A DNA stretch of 61,293 nucleotides, counting the filler. It is 9 parts of 9 records of this genome, joined end to end, with 100 filler letters (N's around TTAATTAATTAA, not from the genome) between each part and the next. Parts side by side here need not be neighbours in the genome. Positions count along the whole stretch, not along the records: positions 29,710 to 32,773 come from SRR20825010_2049; positions 32,874 to 36,198 come from SRR20825010_2056; positions 36,299 to 43,499 come from SRR20825010_2069; 6 more parts are not named here. One strand, written 5' to 3'. Below, one piece after another: positions 29,710 through 41,784 of this stretch. A program made the position numbers and the translations under genes. Position 1 is the first letter of the stretch; each line of letters starts with the position of its first letter. The notes beneath the pieces are model-generated. The model was not told the DNA's origin, made no database searches, and saw only the letters and a list, made by a program, of their open reading frames with translations.

Positions 29710-31275
29710 CTCCAGGACCTCTGCGTGGTGCCGATGGTCCTGATCATCCCGCTCCTCGCGGCGGGCACGGGGCCGGTCGAGCTGGCCTCGAGCGTGGGCT
29801 GGGCGCTCGGCAAGGCGGCGCTCGTGGTCATCGCCGTGGTCCTCGTGGCGCGCTTCGCGGTGCCGCGGCTGCTGTTCGCGGTGGACGCGAGCCGGAGCCG
29901 GGATCTGTTCCTCCTCGCGGTGCTGGGCGTCTGCATCGGCACCGCGTGGCTCACCTCGCAGGTCGGCCTGTCGCTCGCCCTCGGCGCCTTCCTCGGCGGC
30001 ATCGTGGTCGCGGACACGGAGTTCGGCCACCGCGCGATGAGCGACGTGCTGCCGCTGCGGGACGCGTTCGTCAGCGTGTTCTTCATCTCGCTCGGCATGC
30101 TGCTCGACGTCGGCACGGTGATGGCGGAGCCGCTCGCGGTGCTCGGCCTCTTCCTCGCCTTCGTCGTGGGCAAGGGCGTCATCGCGTTCTCGGTCGCGCT
30201 GATGATGCGCTTCCCACCGCGCGTCGCCTGGCTGACCGGCATCGGGCTCGCGCAGTTCGGCGAGTTCGGCTTCGTCCTCCTCCGGGTCGCGGAGACGCAC
30301 GACGCGGTCGACCCCCACGCGCTCTCCCTCCTGTTGACCGCGGGCGTGCTGAGCATGCTGGTCACCCCCCTGCTCGCCCGCATGGCGCCGCGCTTCACGG
30401 CGGGAGAGAAGCTGCTCGCGCCGCTCGAGCGCCTCCTCCGCGTGGCGACGCAGCCGGACCAGGAGCAGAGAGGGGAGGCGCTCCGGGACCACGTGGTGAT
30501 CATCGGCTACGGCGTCTCCGGGCGCCTCCTCGCCGACTCTCTCGAGGCGTCGGGGCGCGAGCACCTCGTCATCGAGCTGAACGCCGAGGTCGTCCGCCGA
30601 CTCCGCGGCACCGGCGTGCCCATCAGCTACGGCGACGCCAGCAGCGTCGAGGTGCTTCAGCACGCCCACCTGGAGCGCGCCGCGGCGCTCGTGGTCACCA
30701 TCGCCGACCCCACCGCCACGCCGCGCATCGTCGCCGCGGCGCGCGCGCTCAGCGCGGAGCTGCCCATCCTGGTCCGAGCGCGGTACCTGGAGGACGTCAA
30801 GTACCTCTACGGCGCGGGCGCGGTGCCTGCGGTCGAAGAGGTGGAGGTCGGCATCGAGCTGGCCATGCGGGTGCTCCGCAAGCTCGGCCTGCCGCGCAAC
30901 CTCATCGAGACGCAGCTCAACGAAGCCCGCCGGCGCACGATGGAGAGCGACCGCAGCCCGCTGCGGGCCGCGCCGAGCCTCGCCCACGCCGACCCGAGGG
31001 GGCACGTGCGGGTCGACGCCCTCGCCATCGAGGCGGGCGCGCCCGCGGTGGGCAAGACGCTGGTCGAGCTGGCGATGCGCAGACACACCGGCGCCCTCGG
31101 CGTGGCGCTCGTGCGCGGCGGCGAGGTATTGCAAGACGATCTGCCCGAGCGGGCGCTGCGGCCGGACGACATCCTCTACATCGCAGGCTCGACCGAGGCG
31201 ATCCTGCGCGCGCAGACGCTCCTGCTGGGCCCGGAGCCGGCGGAAGATCAGGGTGAGGGGCGCACGGTGATCTGA
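29710..31275 (+). CDS. CPA2-family cation:proton antiporter with RCK_N and RCK_C domains, 5'-truncated
   Basis: LQD, LSLALGAFLGG, FFISLGM, LAQFGEFGFV, then Rossmann HVVIIGYGVSG, YGDAS and a C-terminal TrkA-C domain. Confidence 0.92.
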   Translation, partial: LQDLCVVPMVLIIPLLAAGTGPVELASSVGWALGKAALVVIAVVLVARFAVPRLLFAVDASRSRDLFLLAVLGVCIGTAWLTSQVGLSLALGAFLGGIVVADTEFGHRAMSDVLPLRDAFVSVFFISLGMLLDVGTVMAEPLAVLGLFLAFVVGKGVIAFSVALMMRFPPRVAWLTGIGLAQFGEFGFVLLRVAETHDAVDPHALSLLLTAGVLSMLVTPLLARMAPRFTAGEKLLAPLERLLRVATQPDQEQRGEALRDHVVIIGYGVSGRLLADSLEASGREHLVIELNAEVVRRLRGTGVPISYGDASSVEVLQHAHLERAAALVVTIADPTATPRIVAAARALSAELPILVRARYLEDVKYLYGAGAVPAVEEVEVGIELAMRVLRKLGLPRNLIETQLNEARRRTMESDRSPLRAAPSLAHADPRGHVRVDALAIEAGAPAVGKTLVELAMRRHTGALGVALVRGGEVLQDDLPERALRPDDILYIAGSTEAILRAQTLLLGPEPAEDQGEGRTVI

Positions 31276-32773
31276 ACGCGGCCCGGCCCGCCGGGGCGGC
31301 CATCGGGGCCGTCGGGCCCAGGCGCGCCGTCGACGCCGTCGGCGCCGTCTTGGCCGGCCGGCAGCTCGACCTGCTCGTCCCCTTCGCCGCACGTGGCCGC
31401 GCTCCCGCCGCGCCCGCCGCGCCCTCCCGCGCCGCCCGCGCCGCCTCGACCGCCCGGCCCGGCCGCGCCGCCCGGAGCGCGCATGGTCGCCTCGAGCGTC
31501 TGCTGCATCTGGGCGCAGTCCTCCGGCTTGCAGAGCCCGCGCACCACCAGCACGCCTCCCGGCCCGCCGTCTCCGCCGGGCCCGCCCGCGCCGCCGTTGC
31601 CGCCCGGGCCGCCCGCCTGCCCCGCGGTCGCCGCCGTGTTCGGGCAGCTCGCGTTGCGGCCGCTCTCGCCGTCGCGTCCGCCCGCGCCAGCCGGCCCGTC
31701 CTGACCGGGGCTCCCGCTGCCGCCCGCCGCGAGGACGCGGAAGGCGTCGAGCGCCTCCGGCTCCACCACCGCGTAGCGCGGCGCGCCGCCGGACGAGGCG
31801 GCGACGATGACGTTCGCGCCCGTCGCGTCGACCGACACCTCCACGCGTGGCCCGGGCGCGCCGTACCCGGGCTGGAAGACGAGCGCGCCGTCGGTGCGGA
31901 AGCGCAAGGCCCACGCCGTCCGCGCGACCTCGCCGCCGCGGAAGAGGATGGGGAGCGCGAGGCTGTCACCGCCGCGCGCGAGGTCGAGCACCGTGTCGAT
32001 CGGCACGCGCTCGGCGAAGTGGAAGCGGCCGTCCTGCCCCTGGGTCACGAAGTCGACCCCGAGGCCCATCTCCGCGGGATCGATGCACGGGGAAGGATCG
32101 AGCGCTTCGGGAGGCGCGCACACCGAGACGGGGCGCGCGAAGCCCGGGACCCGGAAGCGCACGAGGCCACGGAGATCGAGCGCGGGCACCGGGCCCGCCT
32201 CCTCCTCGCGCGCGCGGTAGCCCAGCAGCGTGGCCTGCTGCGCCGAGACGTCCTGTCGCAGCACGAGCCCGAGCACGGGGAAGGCGGGCTCGTCGAGCTG
32301 GGCCAGCGTGGGCGGACCCTCGAGCTGGAGCGCGTTGCGGCCGGTGGCGAGCACCCGCGCCTCCACCTCGGCCGCCTGCGCGCGGAGCTCCGTGAACTCG
32401 GAGAGACGGATGCGAACCCGCACCAGCCGGCGGCGGGCCTCCTCGCGGAGCGCCGGATCCGGGAGGCGACGGCTGTAGACGACCAGGCTTCCCTCGTCCG
32501 ACTCCTCCACCAGACGATCGAGCGCGGCCTCGGTGATGGGCGCTCCGCTCGGGGTCAGGCCGTGCTCGAGGTAGAGCACGCTCATCAACGCGGCGTGATA
32601 CTGGCTGCCCGTGTGGGTCGTGTGCGGCGCGGCCGCGCGCAGCCGGTCTTCGATCTCCGCGATGAGCTCGGGGCTCGGCGAGGTGCCGGCCGGGCGCTCG
32701 TCGTACAGGCGCCGGATCGCGTCGAGCTGGGCGAGGATCTCACCGTCCCGCTCGAGCTCGCTGTAGGCGATCC
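31248..32773 (-). CDS. Hypothetical protein with Gly-rich (GGX/GXX) C-terminal region, 5'-truncated
   Basis: The frame is open from the contig end (IAYSELERDGEILAQLD...) through MSVLYL to the stop at 31248. High-GC codon bias and two Gly-triplet blocks. Confidence 0.8.
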
Positions 32774-32873
32774 NNNNNNNNNNNNNNNNNNNNNNNNNNN
32801 NNNNNNNNNNNNNNNNNTTAATTAATTAANNNNNNNNNNNNNNNNNNNNNNNNNNNNNNNNNNNNNNNNNNNN
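32774..32873. other. Artificial contig-joining spacer
   Basis: N44-TTAATTAATTAA-N44. Confidence 0.99.
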
Positions 32874-34379
32874 CCGCACCACCTGCACTACACGGCGCTG
32901 CCGATGTGGGCCAGCTCGGTGGGCATGCTCTTCAGCGTGATGCTCTGGATGCCCAGCTGGGGCGGGATGATCAACGGCCTGCTGACCCTCCGCGGCGCCT
33001 GGCACAAGGTCGCGGCCGACCCGGTGCTCAAGTTCTTCGTCATCGGCGTCACCTTCTACGGCATGTCCACGTTCGAGGGTCCGATGCTCAGCATCAAGAC
33101 CGTCAACTCCCTCAGCCACTACACCGACTGGACCATCGCCCACGTCCACTCCGGCGCGCTGGGCTGGAACGGCTTCATGACCTTCGGCATGATCTACTGG
33201 CTCGCGCCCCGCATCTTCCAGACCGAGCTGTTCAGCAAAAAGATGGTCGCGGCCCACTTCTGGATCGGCACCATCGGCATGCTGCTCTACATCATCCCGA
33301 TCTACGTCGCCGGCATCACCCAGGGCCTCATGTGGCGGGCCTTCGACGAGACCGGCCGCCTGGCCTTCCCCGACTTCGTGGAGACCGTGACCAAGCTCAT
33401 GCCCTTCTACTGGGCCCGTGCCCTGGGCGGCACGCTCTACCTCACCGGCGTGGTGATCGGCATCTACAACATCACCCGCACCTGGATGACCCGTCCGGCC
33501 AAGTACGAGACCGTGGTGCAGCGGGCCCCGGCGCTCCGGAAGGACTTCCGCGACGACGCCAACGAGCGCGGCGAGGAACGCCTCAGCGGCTCGATCTGGA
33601 TCGGCCGCGCCGCCGACAAGGTGATCCAGGGCAAGTGGCACCGCCGCTGGGAACGCCTGCCCGTGCGGTTCACCGTGTGGGTGGTCATCGCCGTCGTGGT
33701 GGCCTCGCTCTTTGAGATGGTCCCGCTCTATGTCATCCGCAGCAACGTGCCCACGATCGCCAGCGTCAAGCCCTACACGCCGCTCGAGCTGGCCGGGCGC
33801 GACCTCTACGTCGCCGAGGGCTGCTACAACTGCCACTCGCAGATGATCCGGCCCATCTTCGCCGAGACCGAGCGGTACGGCGAGTACAGCAAGCCGGGCG
33901 AATCGGTCTACAACCACCCGTTCCAGTGGGGCAGCCGGCGCATCGGGCCCGACCTGGCCCGCGAGGGCGTGACCAACCCCAGCGGCACGTGGCACCTGAA
34001 CCATTTCTACGACCCGCGCTCCGTGATCGGGCAGTCGATCATGCCCGCCTACTCAACATTCTTCCGGCGTGACACGAGGTTCGAAGAGATCCAGGGCCGC
34101 GTGGACGCGATGGCCATGCTCGGCGTCCCCTACGGCGAGGCGATAAACACCGCGCCGGAGATGGCCCGTGAGCAGGCCCGTCAGGTCGCGGCGTCCATCA
34201 TCGACGAGGCCGGCGGCTTCGCCGAGATCCGCGTGGATATCTGGGAGCTGGTGCTCGGCCGGATGCCGGCCAGCCGCGAGGAGGCCATCGACGCGCTCTC
34301 GCAGAAGAAGGTCATCGCGATGATCGCGTACATGCAGCGGCTCGGCACCGATCTGACCCGCGAAGGAGGTGCGTCGTGA
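32874..34379 (+). CDS. ccoNO: cbb3-type cytochrome c oxidase fused subunits I/II, 5'-truncated
   Basis: PHHLHYT, WTIAHVHSGALGW (CcoN) continue in frame into PYTPLELAGRDLYVAEGCYNCHSQMIRP and WGSRRIGPDLAR (CcoO). Confidence 0.95.
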   Translation, partial: PHHLHYTALPMWASSVGMLFSVMLWMPSWGGMINGLLTLRGAWHKVAADPVLKFFVIGVTFYGMSTFEGPMLSIKTVNSLSHYTDWTIAHVHSGALGWNGFMTFGMIYWLAPRIFQTELFSKKMVAAHFWIGTIGMLLYIIPIYVAGITQGLMWRAFDETGRLAFPDFVETVTKLMPFYWARALGGTLYLTGVVIGIYNITRTWMTRPAKYETVVQRAPALRKDFRDDANERGEERLSGSIWIGRAADKVIQGKWHRRWERLPVRFTVWVVIAVVVASLFEMVPLYVIRSNVPTIASVKPYTPLELAGRDLYVAEGCYNCHSQMIRPIFAETERYGEYSKPGESVYNHPFQWGSRRIGPDLAREGVTNPSGTWHLNHFYDPRSVIGQSIMPAYSTFFRRDTRFEEIQGRVDAMAMLGVPYGEAINTAPEMAREQARQVAASIIDEAGGFAEIRVDIWELVLGRMPASREEAIDALSQKKVIAMIAYMQRLGTDLTREGGAS

Positions 34380-34573
34380 CGCTGGCGGAGATTTCCAGAA
34401 ACGGCCTCGCACTGTTCCCGCAGATCGGGTTGGTCATATTCCTGGTGGTGTTCGCGGCGGTGACCGTGCGGGCGCTGCGACGCTCGCGGAATGAGGTGAG
34501 CAGGTGGGCGGGCATCCCGCTCGAGGACGACGCCGCGGGCAAGGCGGCGCAGGAAGGGAGCGCGGAAGCATGA
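34376..34573 (+). CDS. ccoQ: cbb3 oxidase small subunit
   Basis: 65 aa with a single TM (IGLVIFLVVF) and IPLED. Overlaps both neighbours by 4 bp. Confidence 0.8.
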   Translation: MTLAEISRNGLALFPQIGLVIFLVVFAAVTVRALRRSRNEVSRWAGIPLEDDAAGKAAQEGSAEA

Positions 34574-35199
34574 GCACGCAGAACCACGACAACGACGCCC
34601 CGGGGCCGGACAAGCTGACCGGGCACAACTACGACGGCATCCGCGAGTACGACAACCCGACGCCCGGGTGGTGGCACCTGATCTTCATGGGCTCCATCGT
34701 CTTCTCGATCGGGTACTTCGCGATCTTCCATCTGAGTTCGTGCCAGGAGGTGCTCGCGCCCGAGGCCCGGCACGCGGCCGCGGAGAAGCGGGCGGACGCC
34801 GCCTCGTTCGCCCTGCTCGGCGAGCTGACCAACGACGGCCCGACGCTGATGCGGCTCTCGACCGAGGAGGTCGCGATCGGCAAGGGCCAGGCCGTGTTCG
34901 GGGCGCGGTGCGTGATCTGCCACGGGCAGAACGGCGGCGGCATGCCCGGGCTGGGGCTCAACCTCACCGACGACTACGGCAAGAACATCCGCGCGCCGGA
35001 GGATGTCTACAAGACGATCTCCCAGGGCGTGACCGGCACCGCCATGCTCGGGTTTGAGGCGCAGCTGGGCAAGGACGACACGATCCTCGCGGCGGCGTAC
35101 GTCATCTCGCTCCGCGGCACGAACACGCCGGACGGCCTCCCGCCCGAGGGTGAGCCGATGCCCGCCTGGCCGGCCGCCGCGCCGCCCGCGGGCGAGTGA
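34570..35199 (+). CDS. ccoP: cbb3 oxidase subunit III (monoheme)
   Basis: GHNYDGIREYDNPTPGWW FixP N-terminus, a single CVICH, and GLNLTDD. Confidence 0.92.
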   Translation: MSTQNHDNDAPGPDKLTGHNYDGIREYDNPTPGWWHLIFMGSIVFSIGYFAIFHLSSCQEVLAPEARHAAAEKRADAASFALLGELTNDGPTLMRLSTEEVAIGKGQAVFGARCVICHGQNGGGMPGLGLNLTDDYGKNIRAPEDVYKTISQGVTGTAMLGFEAQLGKDDTILAAAYVISLRGTNTPDGLPPEGEPMPAWPAAAPPAGE

Positions 35200-35266
35200 C
35201 CCGGCGGAGCGCCGGACGGTCTTGCAGGTGTGCGGCGTCCTCGGTGGGTGAAGGAGCGGTTCGCGG

Positions 35267-36198
35267 ATGAGTTCGGTGGAGACAACCAAGTCGAGCGTGC
35301 TCTCGACGCTGAACCCGGACGGGTCGCGTCGGTGGATCAAGCCCAAGCCGTCGCGCGGAAAGTTCTGGCACCGACGGCGGGTTGTGGCGTACACACTGAT
35401 CGCGCTGTTCTCGCTGATCCCCTACCTGCGCCTCGCCGGACGCCCGCTGATGCAGTTCAACATCACGGGTCGCGAGTTTTCGCTGTTCGGGTCGGTGTTC
35501 TATCCGACCGACACCGTGCTGCTGGCGCTGCTCGCGGTCAGCATCTTCGTCACGATCTTTCTGCTCACGGCGCTCTTCGGGCGCGTGTGGTGCGGCTGGG
35601 CGTGCCCGCAGACAGTGTACATGGAGTTCCTCTACCGCCCCATCGAGCGGCTGTTCGAGGGCGAGCCGGGCAAGAAGCAGAAGACCGGAGCCTGGCGACG
35701 GCCGGCCAAGCTCGCGACGTACCTGCTCCTGAGCATGTTCCTGGCGCACACGTTTCTGGTCTACTTCGTGGGCGTGGACCAGCTGCGGACATGGGTCACG
35801 CGCTCGCCGTTCGACCACCCGATCTCGTTCCTGGTCATGGCCGGCGTAACCGGCGCCATGATGTTCGACTTCGCGTTCTTCCGCGAGCAGACCTGTCTGG
35901 TGGCGTGCCCCTACGGCCGGCTCCAGTCGGTGCTGCTGGACCGCAACTCGCTGATCGTCAGCTACGACCCGGTCCGCGGCGAGCCCCGCGGCAAGAAGCG
36001 CCGCAAGCCCAAGGGTGACGTCTCGCTCAAGGTTGTCGAGGGCGGTGCCGAGGCGGGCGAGGCCCCGGCGCAGGGCGACTGCATCGACTGCCACAAGTGC
36101 GTGACCACCTGCCCCACGGGCATCGACATCCGCAACGGCCTGCAGATGGAGTGCATCCACTGCACCCAGTGCATCGACGCCTGCGACGATGTGATGGA
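35267..36198 (+). CDS. ccoG: cbb3 accessory polyferredoxin, 3'-truncated
   Basis: GRVWCGWACPQTVY, CLVACPYGRLQS, DCIDCHKCVTTCPTGIDIR, ECIHCTQCIDAC. Confidence 0.95.
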
Positions 36199-36298
36199 NN
36201 NNNNNNNNNNNNNNNNNNNNNNNNNNNNNNNNNNNNNNNNNNTTAATTAATTAANNNNNNNNNNNNNNNNNNNNNNNNNNNNNNNNNNNNNNNNNNNN
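36199..36298. other. Artificial contig-joining spacer
   Basis: N44-TTAATTAATTAA-N44. Confidence 0.99.
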
Positions 36299-36514
36299 CC
36301 ATTTCACTGTCAGCGACATGCCCGGCTCAAGGCTCTCGACGTTGACCTCGATGGAGGACACCGCAAGGGTCGAAGCATCCGGACGCATCTGGTCGATGAA
36401 CGGCCAGGCGAAACTGCCCGCGCCGACCACGCCTGCCATCCCGGTGGCGATGTAAAGAAAATCGCGGCGGGTCGGTTCGCCCGCGCCTTCGCTTTGTGTC
36501 ATTGGCTCACTCAC
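36299..36514 (-). CDS. petA: Ubiquinol-cytochrome c reductase Rieske subunit, 3'-truncated
   Basis: Tat motif TRRDFLYIAT, WPFIDQMRPDAS, PGMSLTVKW. Confidence 0.93.
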
Positions 36515-36721
36515 GGCTCAACGTCCTCTTCAAGCTGCGTCTGGATCAGCATTCCGCTCCACTGCCCCAGCCGAATTTGGGTTATCCGCTATAAGCAGAT
36601 TCGGCCAGTGCCGACAATGCGGCGGAATTCTGTCAATCGCGCGGTTTCTATGCGGGATGAAACCTAAAGTCCAGTCCGGACGAAGGTAGAAGGGCACAAT
36701 GTCGCGGAGAATTTCGGCCAA

Positions 36722-38599
36722 TTATTCCGCGGCTTCATCCACGCCGATGAACCCGCCCGACTGCCGGGCCCACAAATCGGCGTAAAGCCCGCCGTGCGCG
36801 ATCAATTCGGCATGGGTCCCGGTTTCGAGAATGCGGCCCTGGTCCATCACCACCAGACGGTCCATCCGCGCGATTGTCGACAGCCGGTGCGCGATGGCGA
36901 TGACGGTCTTGCCGTCCATCAACTCGTCCAGGTTTTCCTGGATCGCCGCTTCGACTTCGGAATCGAGCGCCGATGTCGCCTCGTCGAGCACCAGGATCGG
37001 CGCATTCTTCAGCATCACCCGGGCAATGGCGATTCGCTGGCGCTGGCCGCCCGACAGCTTGACGCCGCGATCCCCGACATGGGCATCGAGCCCCTTGCGC
37101 CCGCGCTGGTCCTGCAGGTCCTTGATGAAGTCCAGCGCCTCGGCCCGGCGCGCCGCCTCCAGGATTTCCGCATCGTCGGCATCGGGACGCCCGAACACGA
37201 TGTTCTCGCGAATCGACCGGTGCAAGAGCGAGGTATCCTGCGTCACCATGCCGATCGAATGGCGCAGCGATTCCTGGGTCACGCCGGAGATATCCTGGCC
37301 ATCGATCTCGATGCGCCCGGAATTAAGATCATAAAAGCGCAGCAGCAGGTTGACGAATGTCGACTTGCCCGCACCGGAACGGCCGACCAGCCCGAGTTTC
37401 TCGCCGGGTTCAATGGTCAGCGACAGATCGTCGATCACCGGCCGGCCGGAATGGTAGCCGAAGCACGCCCGGTCGAACCGGATGCCCGCCTTGTGAACGA
37501 CAAGCTCCCCGGCGTCCGCCCGGTCCGACAGCCCGATCGGCCGCGCCACCAGTTCGGCCGAGTTCTGCAGCGTGCCGAGATTGCGCATCAGCCCGTTGAG
37601 CTGGGTCATCATCCGCCCCAGCAGCATGTTGAGCCTGAGCACCAGCGACAGCGTGAACGCCACCGCGCCGACCGAGATCGCGCCAGCGAGCCACAGATCG
37701 ATGGCGAAGGCCGCGATCACCGCGATCATCATCCCCGAAAGCGCCGCCAGCGACGCCCGGACCCCGGTCAGATGGCGGGTAAACGGCATGATCGTGGCGA
37801 TGAACTGGTCAAAACCCTCGCGGATGTAGCGGTCATTGTCCGCATCCCGGGCATAGAGCTTGAGCGTCTGGATATTGGAATAGCTGTCGGTGATGCGACC
37901 GGTCAGCATGGCGGAGGCTTCGGCGCTGGCCCTGGCATGGCGGCGGATGCGCGGCACGAAAAACCGCGCCAGGAAGCCGAAGACCACGATCCAGGCCAGC
38001 ACCAGCGCCGACAGCCGCCAGTCAAGCTGCGCCACCAGCGCCATGGTGGTGACGGTATAGATCATGATGAACCAGACCACCTGCAGCAGCGACACCATGA
38101 AGTCGCCGGTGGCCTGGCCCGCCGACCAGACCTTGGTGACGATGCGGCCGGCGAAGTCGTTCTGGAAGAAGCCCAGATTCTGCCGCGAAACGTGCGAATA
38201 GGCCTGCCAGCGCACCAGGTTGAAGAACCCCGGCACCACCGCCTGTTCCTCGACCAGCGCGGCAATCGTCACCACCGCGAACCGCGCCACCACCACCACG
38301 AACAGCATGAAGGCGAGCGTCGCACCGTGTTCCCCGATCAGCCCGTCCCAGCCCGCGGCCGGTTCCGAGGCATCGAGAACGTCGACCAGTTGCCCGACGA
38401 AATAGAACAGCGCCGCCTCGAGCAACGCCACCAGGCCGCCAAGCGCCAGCATCGCCGCAAACGCGCCCTTCGCCTGCCCGACATAGTGCCACAGGAACGA
38501 GCGCGTCGACTTCGGCGGCCGGTAGCTCGAACGCCGGACAAACGGATCAATCCAGCCTTCGAAAAGGTCAAGCAGGGGTCTGAAGATCATGGGCGACAC
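36722..38599 (-). CDS. ABC exporter, fused permease/ATPase (MdlB/MsbA-like)
   Basis: TMD followed by GRSGAGKS, LSGGQRQR, ILVLDEATSALD, IAHRLST. Confidence 0.95.
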   Translation of the reverse strand: MSPMIFRPLLDLFEGWIDPFVRRSSYRPPKSTRSFLWHYVGQAKGAFAAMLALGGLVALLEAALFYFVGQLVDVLDASEPAAGWDGLIGEHGATLAFMLFVVVVARFAVVTIAALVEEQAVVPGFFNLVRWQAYSHVSRQNLGFFQNDFAGRIVTKVWSAGQATGDFMVSLLQVVWFIMIYTVTTMALVAQLDWRLSALVLAWIVVFGFLARFFVPRIRRHARASAEASAMLTGRITDSYSNIQTLKLYARDADNDRYIREGFDQFIATIMPFTRHLTGVRASLAALSGMMIAVIAAFAIDLWLAGAISVGAVAFTLSLVLRLNMLLGRMMTQLNGLMRNLGTLQNSAELVARPIGLSDRADAGELVVHKAGIRFDRACFGYHSGRPVIDDLSLTIEPGEKLGLVGRSGAGKSTFVNLLLRFYDLNSGRIEIDGQDISGVTQESLRHSIGMVTQDTSLLHRSIRENIVFGRPDADDAEILEAARRAEALDFIKDLQDQRGRKGLDAHVGDRGVKLSGGQRQRIAIARVMLKNAPILVLDEATSALDSEVEAAIQENLDELMDGKTVIAIAHRLSTIARMDRLVVMDQGRILETGTHAELIAHGGLYADLWARQSGGFIGVDEAAE

Positions 38600-38638
38600 A
38601 ATAGAGCGGGCGCGGGGTTTGGCAATATCGACATGCTC

Positions 38639-40489
<1,851 letters not shown>

Positions 40490-40810
40490 GGATGTCTCCT
40501 TGAAAAGTGCCGCAAGCGGCGCGTATGCGATGCACCGGCAGGATCGAAATGCAGGCCAGGATCACGCGATAACGTCATTTGCCCGTCAGCAAGGGCGCAA
40601 AAGCTGGAAATGAAAACTGGAACCGCGAAAAACCTGTCTGTTCAGTAGCCCATGGCCACTATCGGAAAGCTGATATAGATGATGCGCATTACAGCCTCCG
40701 TCAGGTTCGCGTTGAAGATGGTTTGTTCTAAGCCAGATTCGGCTGATGTGCCAGATCGCCGCAACCGCTTTGTCCGCCACGAGCCTGTCCTTGCTTGATA
40801 TTGTGATAAA

Positions 40811-41299
40811 ATGACCACAGAAACCGGCGCCATGTCCAAACCCCTGATCGCCCTTTACCAGCCCGACATTCCCGGCAACACCGGCTCCATCCTCAGGCTC
40901 GGCGCCTGCCTGGGCATCGGCGTCCACATCATCGGGCCGGCCGGCTTCGATATGACCGACCGCTCGCTCAAGCGCGCCGGCATGGATTACATAGAGATGG
41001 CGACACTGACCCGCCACGACGGCTGGGAGGAGTTCGAGACCTGGCGGCAGGCCGGGAACCGGCGGCTGGTGCTGATGACCACGAAATCCGCCACGCCCTA
41101 CATCGATGATGCCGACCACACCCTCACCCCTCAGGACGTGGTGCTGTTCGGCCGCGAAAGCGCCGGGGTGCCCGACAGGGTCCATGACGCAGCCGATGCG
41201 CGCCTGACCATTCCGATGATCGAAGGCCGCCGCAGCCTCAACCTCGCCATGAGCGTCGCCATCATCGCCGGCGAGATCAATCGGCGGTTCGGGCTGTAA
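40811..41299 (+). CDS. trmL: tRNA (cytidine/uridine-34 2'-O)-methyltransferase
   Basis: LYQPDIPGNTG, KRAGMDY, FGRESAG, IPM...RSLNLA (SPOUT). Confidence 0.93.
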   Translation: MTTETGAMSKPLIALYQPDIPGNTGSILRLGACLGIGVHIIGPAGFDMTDRSLKRAGMDYIEMATLTRHDGWEEFETWRQAGNRRLVLMTTKSATPYIDDADHTLTPQDVVLFGRESAGVPDRVHDAADARLTIPMIEGRRSLNLAMSVAIIAGEINRRFGL

Positions 41300-41311
41300 C
41301 TCCACGCCAGA

Positions 41312-41695
41312 TCAGTCATAGCTAACCACCTCGAACTCGATGCCGTTCTCGTCATCGAAATAGAACCGGCGTCCCGGCTCGTAGTCGGCATGGCTGTGGG
41401 TCGGATAGCCCAGGGCCTTCACCTTGGCCTCGACTGCATCGAGATCGTCGACCACGATGCCGACATGGTTGAGATTGCCGATGCCGTCGCGCTCGTTGCC
41501 GCCGCGTGGCCGGGTCGATTTCGGCGTGTAGAGCGCCAGATAGTCGTCATCGGTTCCAACATGGATCGACCGGCCGTCATTGATGGAAGGCCCCTGCCAG
41601 CGGATTTTCCAGCCAAACACATCGCACAGCCATTTGGCCGTGGCGGACGCGTCGGCGACGGTGAAATTGACATGTTCGAGCGTGGATCTGGTCAT
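41312..41695 (-). CDS. VOC/glyoxalase family protein
   Basis: LEHVNFTV, LNHVGIVVDD, FYFDDENGIEFEVV. AGGAG SD before ATG 41695. Confidence 0.9.
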   Translation of the reverse strand: MTRSTLEHVNFTVADASATAKWLCDVFGWKIRWQGPSINDGRSIHVGTDDDYLALYTPKSTRPRGGNERDGIGNLNHVGIVVDDLDAVEAKVKALGYPTHSHADYEPGRRFYFDDENGIEFEVVSYD

Positions 41696-41738
41696 GAAAG
41701 TCTCCTCAATCCTGTCTTGCTTGCCTGTGATGGAAACC

Positions 41739-41769
41739 ATGCTACTTTCTCAAGTGAACTTGAGGTCAA
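41739..41769 (-). promoter_or_regulatory. SoxR-activated promoter with SoxR box for the VOC gene
   Basis: Minus strand reads TTGACC-N19-TAGCAT. The dyad CTCAAGTGAACTTGAG (41749-41764) matches the SoxR box CCTCAAGTTAACTTGAGG. Confidence 0.9.
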
Positions 41770-41784
41770 GAGGTTTTTTTTATC

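Noticed and set aside
29662..32825. Several long Arg/Ala-rich overlapping ORFs
   Set aside because: Off-frame artefacts of very high GC; some run into linkers.
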